64,000 nucleotides of DNA from an uncultured Verrucomicrobiota bacterium (GCA_964653485.1 CAZZFF010000008.1:6557-70556); one strand, 5' to 3'. Positions 1 through 10,780 are shown, counted from the stretch's first letter. Notes: generated by a model not told the origin, from the sequence alone. A program made the numbers and translations.

Positions 1-139
1 TTGAAGGCGCGGGTTTTTCAGCCATAAATCAATCTCGTTCTCGGGTCGGCCAACGCTATGGCTTGTTCGCATCACGATCAAGCCGTTTTAATGCGGGACA
101 CACCCCATTCCGACGAACCCGAGACGCGCCCCCCTCCCC

Positions 140-176
140 AAATAAAACGGGCGGCCTCCCACCAGAAGGCCGCCCG
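140..176 (-). terminator. Orphan intrinsic-terminator-like hairpin
   Basis: Perfect 10-bp stem CGGGCGGCCT / AGGCCGCCCG (148-157, 167-176) with a 9-nt loop. On the minus strand the stem is followed by TTTTATTT (147-140). No convincing minus-strand gene lies upstream of it. Confidence 0.3.
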
Positions 177-230
177 ACCTAAACTGACCATCTTTACGAC
201 GCACTCATTAAACCACAGGACAACGCCGAG

Positions 231-1172
231 GTGTATAGGGTGTTCACCCCAAAGCGGCGCGCATCCGCATCCAGCCGGCAACCCCGCCCCCCCGGCCAGT
301 TCTCTGTCGACAGGCCCGTCCTGGCCAAGCATCATCCGACCGTGCGTTTCTCGATTGTCACCCCGAGTTACCGCAGTTCCGCCTGGCTGAAGCTCTGCAT
401 CGCTTCGGTGGCTGACCAGCAGGTCGAGGTCGAGCATATCGTTCAGGACGCGGGTTCGGACGATGGCACGCTGGATTGGCTGCTCCAGGACCGGCGGGTC
501 AGGGCCTTTGTCGAGAAAGACCAGGGCATGTACGACGCCATCAACCGGGGTTTGGACCGCGCTCGAGGCGACGTCCTGGCTTTCCTGAACTGCGACGAGC
601 AGTACTTGCCCGGCGCGCTCGGCACGGTGGCCGCGTTTTTCGAGGGCCATCCGGCGGTTGACGTCGCCTTTGGCGACGTCGTCTTCGCCGGCTCCCAGGG
701 CCAGTACCTTTCCCATCGGAAGATGCAGACGCCCCTCAAATACCACACCTGGACCTGCCATTTATCCACCCTGAGCTGCGCCACCTTCTTCCGCCGGCGC
801 ATCATTGATGAAGAGCATTTGCTCTTTGACCCCCGCCTGCGCGACGGCGGGGACGGCAAATGGATGGTCAGCCTGCTCCGGCGCGCCATCCCCATGGCGG
901 CGCTGGGGCGGTTCACTTCGGTCTTCAGCTTTACCGGGGCCAACATGAGCGTAGGACCCAATGCCCGGCGCGAAAACCGGGCGCTCTGCCTGAGCGCCCC
1001 GGCCTGGGCCCGCCGGCTCCGCCCCCTGCTCATCCTCCACCACCGCCTGCGCCGGCTTTTCGGCGGACTCTATTTCCAGGGGCCCTTCGCCTACGACATC
1101 TTCACGCTGGCCCAGCCCGAAGCGAGGCGGCGGTTCCAAGTCGCCCGGCCCACCTGCCGGCTGCCGCGATGA
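231..1172 (+). CDS. Glycosyltransferase family 2 (GT-A fold)
   Basis: ORF 231..1172. N-terminal block RFSIVTPSYRSSAWLKLCIASV..DAGSDDGT..AFLNCDE is typical of GT2. The start is uncertain; an in-frame GTG at 342 would give MRFSIVTPSY. The stop overlaps the next start (ATGA at 1169-1172). Confidence 0.8.
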   Translation: MYRVFTPKRRASASSRQPRPPGQFSVDRPVLAKHHPTVRFSIVTPSYRSSAWLKLCIASVADQQVEVEHIVQDAGSDDGTLDWLLQDRRVRAFVEKDQGMYDAINRGLDRARGDVLAFLNCDEQYLPGALGTVAAFFEGHPAVDVAFGDVVFAGSQGQYLSHRKMQTPLKYHTWTCHLSTLSCATFFRRRIIDEEHLLFDPRLRDGGDGKWMVSLLRRAIPMAALGRFTSVFSFTGANMSVGPNARRENRALCLSAPAWARRLRPLLILHHRLRRLFGGLYFQGPFAYDIFTLAQPEARRRFQVARPTCRLPR

Positions 1173-2158
1173 AACCAAAACTCCTGGTCGTTGAATTGTG
1201 GGGCCTGGGGGACCTGATGATCGCGACGCCCTTTCTCCAGGCGGCCACCGACCACTACGCGGTGACGTTGCTCGCCAAACCCTATGCGCAGGACCTGCAA
1301 GCCCGCTTCTGGAGCCGGGTCAAGGTGGTCCCCTTCACCGCCCCCTGGACGGCCTTCACCCACAAGTACATGCTGTGGTCCTGGCCCTGGTGGGAAATAT
1401 TCCGCCTGCGAAGGACCCTCGCGGCGGAGCGGTTCGACTTCGGGGTCACCGCGCGCTGGGACCCCAGAAACCACCTCCTATTGCTCATCGTGCGCGCCAG
1501 GGCGCGGCTCGGCTTCCCGCGCATGGGCAGCCAACTGTTCTTGAACCGGCCCCTCGCCCGCCCGGAGCCTGGGGCGCATCAGTATGAGAAATGGCGCGTC
1601 CTGGCCCGCGCCCTGGGCTTCGAGTTGCCCCCTCGCGAAAAGCTCGCCCTGCGCCACAACCGGCCCGAGGGAGAAATCCTCATCCATACGGGCGCGGGCC
1701 AGCCGATCCGCGTCTGGCCCCTTGACCGCTACCGCGCCCTCGTGGCATGGCTTCGCCAGACCGGCCACCGCGTCCAGGTCGCCTGCGACCCCGACCAGCA
1801 CGATTGGTGGCTCGACGCGGGCGAAAAGTCCGTCGCCATGCCCCGTTCTGTCGCCGAGTTGCTCGCGCTCGTGGAACGGGCCGGGGCCTTCATCGGAAAC
1901 GACTCCGGCCCGGGCCACTTGGCCGCCTTCTGCGGCGTGCCCACCTTCACCGTTTTTGGCCCGCAACTGCCCGAGTGGTTCGCCCCCCTTCACCCTGCCT
2001 CCGACTGGCTCGAAGGCAAAGCCTGCCCCTACAAACCCTGCTCCGATTATTGCCGCTTTTCCTCGCCGTGTTGCATGCTCAATTCGGGCGACGAAGAGGT
2101 GCGCCATCGCGTCGCCGCCTTCTTGAGCCGCATCCACCAGGGAACCATACAGAAATAA
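1169..2158 (+). CDS. Glycosyltransferase family 9 (heptosyltransferase-like)
   Basis: In-frame ATG at 1169 within ORF 860..2158 gives MKPKLLVVELWGLGDLMIATPFL. The C-terminal GNDSGPGHLAA block is typical of GT9. The upstream extension is Pro/Ala-rich and overlaps the GT2 gene. Confidence 0.8.
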   Translation: MKPKLLVVELWGLGDLMIATPFLQAATDHYAVTLLAKPYAQDLQARFWSRVKVVPFTAPWTAFTHKYMLWSWPWWEIFRLRRTLAAERFDFGVTARWDPRNHLLLLIVRARARLGFPRMGSQLFLNRPLARPEPGAHQYEKWRVLARALGFELPPREKLALRHNRPEGEILIHTGAGQPIRVWPLDRYRALVAWLRQTGHRVQVACDPDQHDWWLDAGEKSVAMPRSVAELLALVERAGAFIGNDSGPGHLAAFCGVPTFTVFGPQLPEWFAPLHPASDWLEGKACPYKPCSDYCRFSSPCCMLNSGDEEVRHRVAAFLSRIHQGTIQK

Positions 2159-2167
2159 CGAAATGCC

Positions 2168-4411
2168 ATGACCGCAAAATCAAATACCAAACCGGCAGGC
2201 CCCATCGTGCTGGCGTGCGCTATCTGCGCGCTGGCCTTGCCCGCGCAGGGCGCCGGGACAGAGTCGAACCTCTGGTACGACAAGCCCGCCGCCAACTGGG
2301 AGACGCAGGCCCTGCCAATCGGCAACGGACGCCTCGGCGGCATGATCTTCGGCGGCGTCCAGCGCGAGCAAATCCAGTTCAATGAATCCAGCCTCTGGGT
2401 CGGCGACGAGACCGACACCGGGGCGTATCAGGGGTTCGGAGACCTGTTTATCGATCTCGGAGAAGGCGCCGCTCCCACCGCCTATCGGCGCGAACTCGAC
2501 CTCGCCCGGGCCGTTCACACCGTCTCCTACACCCGGGCCGGCGTGAATTACCGGCGCGAGTACTTCGCAAGCCACCCGGCCAACGTTATCGTGCTCCGCT
2601 TCACCGCGGACAAGCCGGGCGCTTACACGGGCTCCGTTCTGCTCACGGACCTGCACAAGGGCAAGGTCGAGGCTCAAACCAACCGCCTCACCTCCACCGG
2701 GTCGCTCGCCGGCTACAAGTATGAAGACAAAGGCCCGGACTATGCCTTTGCCTTGGATTACGAGGCCCAGGTCCTCGTGCTCAACGACGGCGGCTCCGTC
2801 ACGTCCTCCGATGGCCGAATCAATTTCCAAGGCGCCGACAGCCTCACCATTCTCCTCAACGCCGGCACCGATTTCGTCAACCAGCGCAGCCGCGGCTGGC
2901 GCGCCGGGCATCCGCGCGCGCGCATCGCCGCCCAACTCGATGCCGCCGCCCGCACGCCCTTCCCGGCCTTGCTCGCGGCCCATGTCGCCGACTACCAGGC
3001 GCTCTTCAATCGTGTGACGCTCCAGCTCGCCCCCTCCGCCGCCTCCCTCGAAACCGGCCGGCAGTCACCTCCCGGCGCGGAACCCCTCGCCAGCCAGTTG
3101 CCCACCGACCTGCGCCTCTTGAAATGCTCCCAGGCCGCGCGCGACCCGGCCCTCGAGGCCCTCGTCTTCCAATACGGCCGCTACATGATGATCGCCTCCT
3201 CACGCGACGCCTTGCCGGCCAATTTGCAAGGCCTGTGGAACAACTCCCTCAAACCCCCGTGGCGCTCCGATTATCACACGGACGTCAACGTCCAGATGAA
3301 CTACTGGATGGCCGACGAAGCCAATTTGGGCGAGTGCTTCATGCCCTACGCCGCGTGGCTCAACTCCATCCGTGAAGTCCGCAAAGCGGCCACCACCCAG
3401 GCCTTCAACACCCGCGGCTGGACTATGCGCGCCGAAAACGGCATCTTCGGAGGCTCAACCTGGGAATGGGTCGAATCCGGCAGCGCCTGGTGCATGCAGA
3501 ACATCTGGGACCATTACGCCTTTACCGGCGACAAAGAATACCTCCGCACCCTCGCCTACCCCATGATGAAAGAGGTCTGCGAATTCTGGCTCGACCGCCT
3601 CAAACCCCTGCCCGACGGCGCCCTCGTCGCGCCCAACGGCTACTCCCCCGAACACGGCCCGCGCGAAGACGGCGTCTCCCATGACCAACAACTCATCTGG
3701 GACCTCTTCAACAACACCGTTCAGGCCGCCGACGCCCTCGGCATCGACCGCCCGTTCCGCGACACCCTCGCCGCCAAGCGCGATAAACTCCTCGGCCCGA
3801 AGATCGGCAAATGGGGCCAGTTGCAGGAATGGATGGTGGACCGCGACGATCCCAAAGACACCCATCGCCACCTCTCCCACCTCGTCGCCGTCTATCCCGG
3901 ACGCCAGATCACCCCGTGGACAACCCCCGAGCTAGCCAGCGCCGCGCGGGTCTCCCTCAACGCCCGCGGCGACGTCAGCACCGGCTGGAGCACCGCCTGG
4001 AAGATCAACCTCTGGGCCAGACTCCTCGACGGCGATCGCGCCTACAAACTCATGGGCAACCTCCTCCGCCTCGTCGGCGACACCCGCGTCAACTACAGCG
4101 AGGGCGGCGGCCTCTATCCCAACCTCTTCGACGCCCACCCCCCCTTCCAGATCGATGGCAACTTCGGCTACACCGCCGGCGTCTGCGAAATGCTCCTCCA
4201 AAGTCACACCGGCCAAATCCAGCTCCTGCCGGCCCTGCCCAAGGCCTGGCCCGCGGGCAAAGTGACCGGCCTCCGCGCCCGCGGCGGCTTCACCGTCGAC
4301 ATCGAATGGAACGACGGCAAACTCACCCGCTACCGCATTGCCTCCCCCAGCCCTCGCGAAGTCCAGGTCCGCGTTGGCGGCGAGGTCAAGACCATCATGG
4401 CCGAACATTAA
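2168..4411 (+). CDS. Glycoside hydrolase family 95 (alpha-L-fucosidase type), secreted
   Basis: Signal peptide, then [41 protein letters not shown], the characteristic GH95 N-terminal signature. The 747-aa length fits the family. Confidence 0.85.
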   Translation: MTAKSNTKPAGPIVLACAICALALPAQGAGTESNLWYDKPAANWETQALPIGNGRLGGMIFGGVQREQIQFNESSLWVGDETDTGAYQGFGDLFIDLGEGAAPTAYRRELDLARAVHTVSYTRAGVNYRREYFASHPANVIVLRFTADKPGAYTGSVLLTDLHKGKVEAQTNRLTSTGSLAGYKYEDKGPDYAFALDYEAQVLVLNDGGSVTSSDGRINFQGADSLTILLNAGTDFVNQRSRGWRAGHPRARIAAQLDAAARTPFPALLAAHVADYQALFNRVTLQLAPSAASLETGRQSPPGAEPLASQLPTDLRLLKCSQAARDPALEALVFQYGRYMMIASSRDALPANLQGLWNNSLKPPWRSDYHTDVNVQMNYWMADEANLGECFMPYAAWLNSIREVRKAATTQAFNTRGWTMRAENGIFGGSTWEWVESGSAWCMQNIWDHYAFTGDKEYLRTLAYPMMKEVCEFWLDRLKPLPDGALVAPNGYSPEHGPREDGVSHDQQLIWDLFNNTVQAADALGIDRPFRDTLAAKRDKLLGPKIGKWGQLQEWMVDRDDPKDTHRHLSHLVAVYPGRQITPWTTPELASAARVSLNARGDVSTGWSTAWKINLWARLLDGDRAYKLMGNLLRLVGDTRVNYSEGGGLYPNLFDAHPPFQIDGNFGYTAGVCEMLLQSHTGQIQLLPALPKAWPAGKVTGLRARGGFTVDIEWNDGKLTRYRIASPSPREVQVRVGGEVKTIMAEH

Positions 4412-4495
4412 CCAATTCTCGATTTTCAATTCTCAATTCCCGATCAGCCTCTTCCAAACGCTTCCCTCCCGGAAGAATCCAAGAACCGCCGCTCC

Positions 4496-5620
4496 TCACC
4501 CCTCGGGTGTGCCGGGGAACATCGCCTCGGTCGGGAGCGTCTGCGGGCCGTCTTCCGTGCAGAGCGCGTAGCTCGACCGCTCCTTGCCGGCGAACTCGTA
4601 AAGGGACACCACGGCGTGTTCGCCCTTGGTGTTCAGCGCGTAATAAACCACGCCAAAGTTGGGCTTGCCTCGCGCGTTGAGCAGGCGCTTCTCGACCGTG
4701 TTGGCCACCACCCGCTCCAGCGCCGCCATGCAGGCGTCCTTCGGGGACTTTCCCTGGCGCATCGCTTCGACCACCAGGAACGAACCCAGCGAAAACAGGT
4801 TCGCCTCGCCCCGCCCCGTCGAGCCGGCCGCGCCGATTTCCCCATCCACATACAGCCCCGCCCCCAGGATCGGCGAATCCCCAACCCGTCCGGGAATCTT
4901 CCATGCCAGCCCGCTCGTGGTGGTGACCCCGGCCACCTCCCCTTTGGCGTTGATCCCGTTGCAATTGATGGTGCCGTAGAAATGAGCCGGGTCGATCAAC
5001 CCCTCCGCCATCATGGCCAGCGCCGCCCGGCGCCTCCCCGCCGCGCGCTCCTTCGGCCCCGGATAATGCTCCCCGTCCGTCCGCCGCTTCCACTCCAGCC
5101 AGAGCCGGCGTGACTTTTCCGTGTTCAAGTCCCTCTCGATCTTGAACCCCATGTTCCGCGCGAACCGTTGCGCGTCTTTGCCGACCAGCAGGTGGTTGTC
5201 GGTCTCCTCCATCACCTTCACGGCCACCAACGACGGCGTGCGCACTCCCTCCAGGCACCCAACCGCCCCGGCGCGCTTCCGAGGACCATGCATCACCGAG
5301 GCATCCAGTTGGACCACCCCGTCCGCGTTGGGCAACCCCCCGTACCCCACGCTCGTGTCCTCCGGGTCCAACTCCACGATGTTCACCCCCGCGACCACCG
5401 CATCCAGCACGTCCGCGCCCGCCGTCAGCATCCGGTAAGCCTTCGCCACACACGTCAACCCCTCCGCGTCCCGCGACTTATTCCCGTTCGCCGCCGACAT
5501 TACCAGCGGCCGCGGACCCCGCCTCACCACTGCCGGAGCCTGGGCCAAAAGCGATGGACCGGCCAGCGCGCCCAAGCCGGCGGCGGCCACAAATTCACGG
5601 CGGCTAATCTGTGTGTGCAT
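4496..5620 (-). CDS. Ntn-hydrolase, glycosylasparaginase / isoaspartyl peptidase family, Tat-exported
   Basis: In-frame ATG at 5620 gives MHTQISRREFVAAAGLGALA, a twin-arginine motif. Conserved blocks: GTINCNG..GVTTTSGLAWKIPGRVGDSPILGAGLYVD. The longer ORF to 5728 has an implausible N-terminus. Confidence 0.85.
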   Translation of the reverse strand: MHTQISRREFVAAAGLGALAGPSLLAQAPAVVRRGPRPLVMSAANGNKSRDAEGLTCVAKAYRMLTAGADVLDAVVAGVNIVELDPEDTSVGYGGLPNADGVVQLDASVMHGPRKRAGAVGCLEGVRTPSLVAVKVMEETDNHLLVGKDAQRFARNMGFKIERDLNTEKSRRLWLEWKRRTDGEHYPGPKERAAGRRRAALAMMAEGLIDPAHFYGTINCNGINAKGEVAGVTTTSGLAWKIPGRVGDSPILGAGLYVDGEIGAAGSTGRGEANLFSLGSFLVVEAMRQGKSPKDACMAALERVVANTVEKRLLNARGKPNFGVVYYALNTKGEHAVVSLYEFAGKERSSYALCTEDGPQTLPTEAMFPGTPEG

Positions 5621-5776
5621 ATTAACGCCAAACTTGCACCCCCTCCGCCCCAAAGGCAAGCCCTTCGGACCCCTCACAAAACGGCGAAGCGCCGCTGCCC
5701 GGCTTCGCGCCGCAACGGAACAAGACATTCTCTTTTACTCTCTGGACCCCGGGATTGCTGATGAAAGTCGCTCTTC

Positions 5777-6601
5777 TCACAGCGGCAAGTCGCGGCGTTG
5801 CCAAACCACGCCGCCGATCACGGATGCGGCCAGGATGACCAGCACCAACACGCCCATGTTCTCCACGGGCCACCCCCGGGCCAGCTTGGGCCCGCTGGAG
5901 TAGTAGAACAAGGTCGCCGGCTTTAGGAAGCCGAGGCGGGGCCACCATTGGCTCACGATCCAGGCGAAATAGTCCAATACCAGCACGGCGACTGTGACCC
6001 CCACCGCCCGGCTGCGACCAGCGAGCACCCCGGCGGCCAACAGCGCGATGGCCCCCGCCGCCCCGGCCACCAAGCCGCCGTTCACGGCAATGCGGAAGAA
6101 GAGATCCAGCGGAACCGGCTGGCCGAAATCGTAGAGCCGGGTGGCCGCAACCGTCCCGAGGAACATCACCAGTACCAGGGCGAACATGCCCGCCATGGTC
6201 AACGTGCCGGCACAAACATAAACCTGCGTCTTTGTCGCGGGCCGGCTGAGGATCAACTCCATGGCCCCGCTCTGCACCTCCCCCGTAAGCAGCGTGGTGG
6301 GAGCGCCCACGGCAAAGAGCAAAAAGAGAAACAACACCAGGGGGTGTTGGTAGCCGATCAGAATCAGTCCAGGGACATTTCCCGCCTGCAGCATCTCGCC
6401 ACCCAGCGCCGTCTTGATGAACGGCGGCAGCACATCGAGGAACTTGAGAAAAGTCTGGACACTCGCATTGTCATGCACGATCGCGCACACCGCGATTTGC
6501 ACCAGGAAGACGACCAACCCGATGAACCCCCACATCGGCAGGAGGCGCCCGGCCCAAAAACCGAGCAGTGCGAAGGGGAAAGGAACGCGATGGGGCTTCA
6601 T
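5777..6601 (-). CDS. ABC-2 type transporter permease
   Basis: ATG at 6601 (MKPHRVPFPFALLGFWAG..) overlaps the stop of the upstream ATPase (ATGA at 6598-6601). Multiple hydrophobic segments. The ELILSRPATK block is typical of ABC-2 permeases. Confidence 0.8.
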   Translation of the reverse strand: MKPHRVPFPFALLGFWAGRLLPMWGFIGLVVFLVQIAVCAIVHDNASVQTFLKFLDVLPPFIKTALGGEMLQAGNVPGLILIGYQHPLVLFLFLLFAVGAPTTLLTGEVQSGAMELILSRPATKTQVYVCAGTLTMAGMFALVLVMFLGTVAATRLYDFGQPVPLDLFFRIAVNGGLVAGAAGAIALLAAGVLAGRSRAVGVTVAVLVLDYFAWIVSQWWPRLGFLKPATLFYYSSGPKLARGWPVENMGVLVLVILAASVIGGVVWQRRDLPL

Positions 6602-7542
6602 GAGTCTGCCCGGGAAGTCGAATCGGCTTCGACCGCCGGCCCCGCGCCCGGCCCCGCTTTGTAATACTCGATGAATGCCTCCTCGAGTGAAGTCTGGGGA
6701 GTGGCGATGCGCTCCACAGGATATTGCGCGACCCATCGGAGAACGGCCCCGCAGGCGCCTTGGTAGGCCAAGTCGAGCAGGCCGGGCCGTTGCTCGATCA
6801 CGCGGACGCCCGGCAACCGGCCAAGCGGCACCGGCGGCTCGATCGCGCCTCCCACGAACCAGACCTTCAGGCGGTGTTCGCTGCCCTGGACGATCCTCGA
6901 GACCGGCGCCATCTCGACCAGGCGTCCGGCGCGCACAATGGCAACCCGCTCGCAGACGGCCGCGACTTCGCTCAAGTCGTGCGAGGAGAGCAACACCGTG
7001 GCCCCTTCGCGGGCGGCCTCCCGTATCAGGTCCAGCACCGTCTGCCGGACTAACGGGTCGAGACCGCTGGTCGGTTCGTCGAGGATGAGCAGTTCGGGTT
7101 GCTGTTGAAAGGCGTAAACCACGGCGGCCTTCTGCCGGTTGCCCTTAGAGAGTTCACCCACAGCACGGTCCAGGTTCAGCTCCAATCGCTCGGCCAATTG
7201 ACGGCGCCGCTCCTCCGCGCCGTCGCCCGCGCCCAGCGAAGCCAGGACCCGCAAGGAGCGGCGCGCGCAAAATCCCGGCCAAAGGCGAAACTCCCCCGGC
7301 AGGTAGCCAATACGATCGTGCTGCGTTGCCCGCCCGGCCACCACCGGCTCTCCCAGGACAAGAACCTCGCCGCCCTCCGGCCGAATCAGGCCCATGATGC
7401 ACCGCAGAGTCGTGGTCTTGCCGGCGCCGTTAGGCCCCAGGTAACCGAAGATTTCACCCCGTTCGAGGGTAAAACTCACCCCTTCGATCCCGCGGACCGG
7501 ACCGTACCACTTCGTGAGGGACCGCACTTCGAGGGTTGCCAT
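6598..7542 (-). CDS. ABC transporter ATP-binding protein
   Basis: Walker A GPNGAGKTT, signature LSKGNRQK, Walker B LLILDEPTSGLD, and the H-loop SSHDL. Confidence 0.92.
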   Translation of the reverse strand: MATLEVRSLTKWYGPVRGIEGVSFTLERGEIFGYLGPNGAGKTTTLRCIMGLIRPEGGEVLVLGEPVVAGRATQHDRIGYLPGEFRLWPGFCARRSLRVLASLGAGDGAEERRRQLAERLELNLDRAVGELSKGNRQKAAVVYAFQQQPELLILDEPTSGLDPLVRQTVLDLIREAAREGATVLLSSHDLSEVAAVCERVAIVRAGRLVEMAPVSRIVQGSEHRLKVWFVGGAIEPPVPLGRLPGVRVIEQRPGLLDLAYQGACGAVLRWVAQYPVERIATPQTSLEEAFIEYYKAGPGAGPAVEADSTSRADS

Positions 7543-7667
7543 GTCTTGATATTGGCGGACTCTTGCTTTTGCCAGGTCATCCTATCCAGCGCAGCCGTCG
7601 AACACAAGCCTCGGTGCCGCGCCAGAGGCCTCCGTCCAGGAGCGGGATGACACTCTGCTCCCGCGCC

Positions 7668-8795
7668 TCACTTGTCCACGCCGGCAAACCGGTGAGTCGG
7701 AGTCGGTTTGCCCGGACGGAAGTGCTCCAGGTGGTCCAAGGTGGTGCGCAAGGTGGAGAACGTCCGGGCGGTCGCGTCAAGCGCATCCCTGACAGCGGCT
7801 CCGAGCACATCGGGAGCCGCTTCGGCCCTGAGGTTGATGATCAATTGCCCGCTTCCGACGGGCTCATCGAGGGTGAAGGCAAGCTCCGGCACGAAATCGT
7901 TGCGCACGAGGTTGACCACGCCAATCTCGCCAAGGCCGGCATCGGGGCTGAGCGTCATCTTCAAATGGGCCACCTCCGCCCCTCGAAGGCGTTTCTGGAT
8001 GTCCCGGGCCAGCTCGCTGAGGAATTTGTCGGCGTCGAAGGCCTTCTCCGCCGCAAGCTGCACCGTGCAGTTGAGCCAGCCGAGCAGGGCCTCGCCTTCG
8101 GCATAAACCTGGTAATCGACCTCCATCGCTGTCCGCGCCACCTGCTCCGAGCTGGTGATCCGGGCAAACCACCCATCCAGGTTCGCGCCATTGCGGGCGG
8201 AGACGGCGAGAATCTCCTTGCCGGGAAACCGCGCGGCGATGGCTTGCCGCAAAGAGTCCAGCCGCCCCTCATCCACCAGGTCGCTCTTGCTGATGACGGC
8301 CAGGTCGGCCTCCTCGATCTGCTTGAGATAAATGTAGAGCACCTTTCGGGAGAAGCTGCCCCCCTGCTCAAGGCCGAACACGCGCAGGCCGCGAACCGGG
8401 TCCACCAGGACGCTGACCGGCGCCACGGTGAAATTGTCGCCGTAGAGCCGCCGCAGAGGATAGGTCACCGTGGCCGCCAGGTCCGTGCAACTGCCCACCG
8501 GCTCGGCGATGAAAACATCCGGGCGGCTTCGCTCGGTCAGCTTGGCGGCGGCATCCACCAATGAATTGAACCGGCAGCAGAAGCAGCCGCCGGGAATTTC
8601 CTCCGTCGCGAATCCCTGTGCCCGGAGCATGGCGGTGTCCACCAGGTTCCGCCCCTGGTCGTTGGTGATGAGACCCACGCGCAGGCCCCGGCCGGCCAGC
8701 CGTTGCGCCAACTTGCCCAGGGCCGTGGTCTTCCCGGCGCCGAGAAAGCCGCCGATCATGATGTAGCGCGCCTTCGGCTTTGCTTCCGCACTCAT
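7668..8795 (-). CDS. G3E-family P-loop GTPase, COG0523-like (GCxCC motif) with a divergent C-terminal domain
   Basis: In-frame ATG at 8795 (MSAEAKPKARYIMIGGFLGAGKTT) overlaps the stop of the upstream gene (ATGA at 8792-8795). It has Walker A, ITNDQG, a GGCFCC metal-binding-type motif, EPVGSCTD, and SKSDL (NKxD-like). The 635-aa ORF in the track is an out-of-gene N-terminal extension. Confidence 0.8.
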   Translation of the reverse strand: MSAEAKPKARYIMIGGFLGAGKTTALGKLAQRLAGRGLRVGLITNDQGRNLVDTAMLRAQGFATEEIPGGCFCCRFNSLVDAAAKLTERSRPDVFIAEPVGSCTDLAATVTYPLRRLYGDNFTVAPVSVLVDPVRGLRVFGLEQGGSFSRKVLYIYLKQIEEADLAVISKSDLVDEGRLDSLRQAIAARFPGKEILAVSARNGANLDGWFARITSSEQVARTAMEVDYQVYAEGEALLGWLNCTVQLAAEKAFDADKFLSELARDIQKRLRGAEVAHLKMTLSPDAGLGEIGVVNLVRNDFVPELAFTLDEPVGSGQLIINLRAEAAPDVLGAAVRDALDATARTFSTLRTTLDHLEHFRPGKPTPTHRFAGVDK

Positions 8796-10780
8796 TGCGA
8801 CTCCGGTTTTCGGGTCAGAACCCAGATGTGGTTGCGAATGGCTTGCACCAGCAAGTCCGCGTCGGTCTGGTCCAGGCGGCGAAGGACTTTCTCCCACCTG
8901 TAGGCGAAGCTGCCGGCGGGGTCGTATTTGCAATGTTTGAACAGCGTGTCGAAGGCGCGACGGCGTTTGCGATAATCTTCCTGGATGTGAAGGAACCGCT
9001 CGCGAAATCCCGCGAGGTAGGCGGTCGCGAATCGGGCGCCGTTGGACAGCAGTTTGGCGCGGGTGTTCACGGGCCGGGCGTAATGTTCGGCAAAGGTGTC
9101 CAAGGGACGGGCGTATTCGCCGAAAGCGCCGCTGTGGTCGCTTACAAGCAGTTCCGCCGGCAGCCCATCCTCGCCTTCGCGGATGACCTCGTCGCCATCG
9201 TCGAACACGGGCCAGGTCCCCTCGTAGAGCGCGCGCCCCACAATGATGCTCGGCGCGGCGGCCCTGCCGAGGAGGCTGGCAAGCCTCAGGGCGTAGTCGG
9301 CCCGCACCAGTTTCTCCATGGGCACTTTGTCGCTGGCAATGCCTCCCAGGTAGTCGCGCTCGAAGTAGGTCGTACGAATGAGCTGGCCCCGATACCCTGC
9401 GGCGCGGCCCTTGTAAATCTCGCTCACGCGCCGCATGATGACGTGGGAGAGAAGGTTCATGCCCAACTGGCTGCAGCCCAGCCTTCGATCCAGCCAGTAA
9501 TCGATATAATCCTCGCTCTCCTCGATGGATTGAAGCAGTTCCTTGCCCTCGTCCAAATGCTCCCACACGCCCCACTTGAGCAGGCGCATGAACCGCTTGA
9601 CAGGCTGGTGCTCGCTCCGGGACCGCAGCTCGGCAAGGTACACCCCGCGCCGGCCCACTTTTTGCGGCCGTCCCTTCGAGAGTGATTCCGGGAGCCGGCC
9701 CAGATTGATGTACTCGATGTCTCCGTATTCCCGGATGAGGTTGAAGATGATGCCTTTGGCGCGCGGGTCCAGGAGCTTCTGGAGCGCCGGATCCTCGGGG
9801 TGGTTGGCGGCCTCGTCCAGAAGCGGGTCCAGGAGAAACTCACCCTCCTCGAAGCGGCCGCCAGGCAGCCAATCGACGTGCAGATAGAATTCGGGACTCA
9901 GCCCGCCCAGTATCTGGTCCGTTTGGGTCTCGCTGCCGTCCAGAAACAGGGTCCCTATCATCCGGTGGCACCACGCATCGTTGGTCGGATCATCGCGCCG
10001 GAAGGCCTCATGCACGGCGGAAACGAAATGTTGCTTGAGCCCCTCGTATTTCTCGCGCAATTCGCCGGCGGCGAGTTGGCGGAACGCGACCCCGGCAAAG
10101 AGGGCCGGGCCGCAATGCCGCAAATCGGCGGCGAAGAAGTCGAGTTCCGGACGGCCAAGATGGTTGCGGCGAATGGAGTAGTCGGCGATTTCCTGAAGCT
10201 GCCTGGCCAGCGCTGCGTCATCAAGTGTGCCCAGGTTCACAAATTCCTGGCACGTCAGCCAACGGGTGCCCGTGAGCCGGTTGTAGTAATAGACGGGAAG
10301 CTCCTGAATCGCCACCTTGGAACTGAAGATCAGCTTGGCTTTCTCCTCCTTGGTTGTCGGGATTGCACTGAGCCTCCAACACTCCCCCCGCCGCTTGATC
10401 GCCTCGCGCACACGCCGGTCCGAGACCGAAAGGAACACAATCCGCAGCTTGGAAACCAGCTCCTGCAACAACTCATCGCCCGCGAACGCCAAATCCATCC
10501 GCTCGGGATTCGGGCGGATGAGGATGTGGGCGTCCTCGAAGATCAGGTCCACGGAATTGCGGCAAATCCTCTCCTCCTCCTCCAGCGTAAGCGGGCCTTC
10601 CTTCCCTCCGGCGCGCCGGCTGTTGAGTGACTCTATGAAAGCCGACCGCTGCCAGGCATGGACGCCCGGCGGCAGCGTGTAAAGCGCCTTGTGGTCCAGG
10701 AAGAGAGTCCCAATCCGCGTCTTCTGCCGGCCCTGCTCGTCCCGCTCGAACGGATGGGGGCCAATGAGTTCCAAGTCCAT
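8792..10780 (-). CDS. Hypothetical 662-aa cytoplasmic protein, no domain recognised
   Basis: Long ORF with normal protein-like composition. GAGAGG lies about 6 nt upstream of the ATG at 10780, 21 nt after the stop of the upstream gene, and there is a 4-nt overlap with the downstream GTPase. No signal peptide, P-loop or other motif that I can name. Confidence 0.75.
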   Translation of the reverse strand: MDLELIGPHPFERDEQGRQKTRIGTLFLDHKALYTLPPGVHAWQRSAFIESLNSRRAGGKEGPLTLEEEERICRNSVDLIFEDAHILIRPNPERMDLAFAGDELLQELVSKLRIVFLSVSDRRVREAIKRRGECWRLSAIPTTKEEKAKLIFSSKVAIQELPVYYYNRLTGTRWLTCQEFVNLGTLDDAALARQLQEIADYSIRRNHLGRPELDFFAADLRHCGPALFAGVAFRQLAAGELREKYEGLKQHFVSAVHEAFRRDDPTNDAWCHRMIGTLFLDGSETQTDQILGGLSPEFYLHVDWLPGGRFEEGEFLLDPLLDEAANHPEDPALQKLLDPRAKGIIFNLIREYGDIEYINLGRLPESLSKGRPQKVGRRGVYLAELRSRSEHQPVKRFMRLLKWGVWEHLDEGKELLQSIEESEDYIDYWLDRRLGCSQLGMNLLSHVIMRRVSEIYKGRAAGYRGQLIRTTYFERDYLGGIASDKVPMEKLVRADYALRLASLLGRAAAPSIIVGRALYEGTWPVFDDGDEVIREGEDGLPAELLVSDHSGAFGEYARPLDTFAEHYARPVNTRAKLLSNGARFATAYLAGFRERFLHIQEDYRKRRRAFDTLFKHCKYDPAGSFAYRWEKVLRRLDQTDADLLVQAIRNHIWVLTRKPESQ

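Noticed and set aside
78-761. Long antisense or overlapping ORFs throughout the track (for example 78..761, 4395..5453, 11316..12935, 21837..23795, 45252..46331, 59092..59931, 60770..61615, 62272..63180).
   Set aside because: They lie opposite or out of frame to genes with clear family signatures. Their products are Arg/Gly/Pro/Ala-rich and low in complexity, as expected for shadow ORFs in GC-rich DNA. None carries a recognisable motif.
7668-9575. The 635-aa version of the GTPase ORF, and similar long N-terminal extensions (860..2158, 11202..13919, 14320..15186, 24712..25977, 27829..29334, 33413..33919, 39742..41445, 51054..51725).
   Set aside because: The extensions overlap upstream genes, a tRNA or repeat elements. 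Internal starts give canonical N-termini, signal peptides, Shine-Dalgarno sequences or 4-nt stop/start overlaps.
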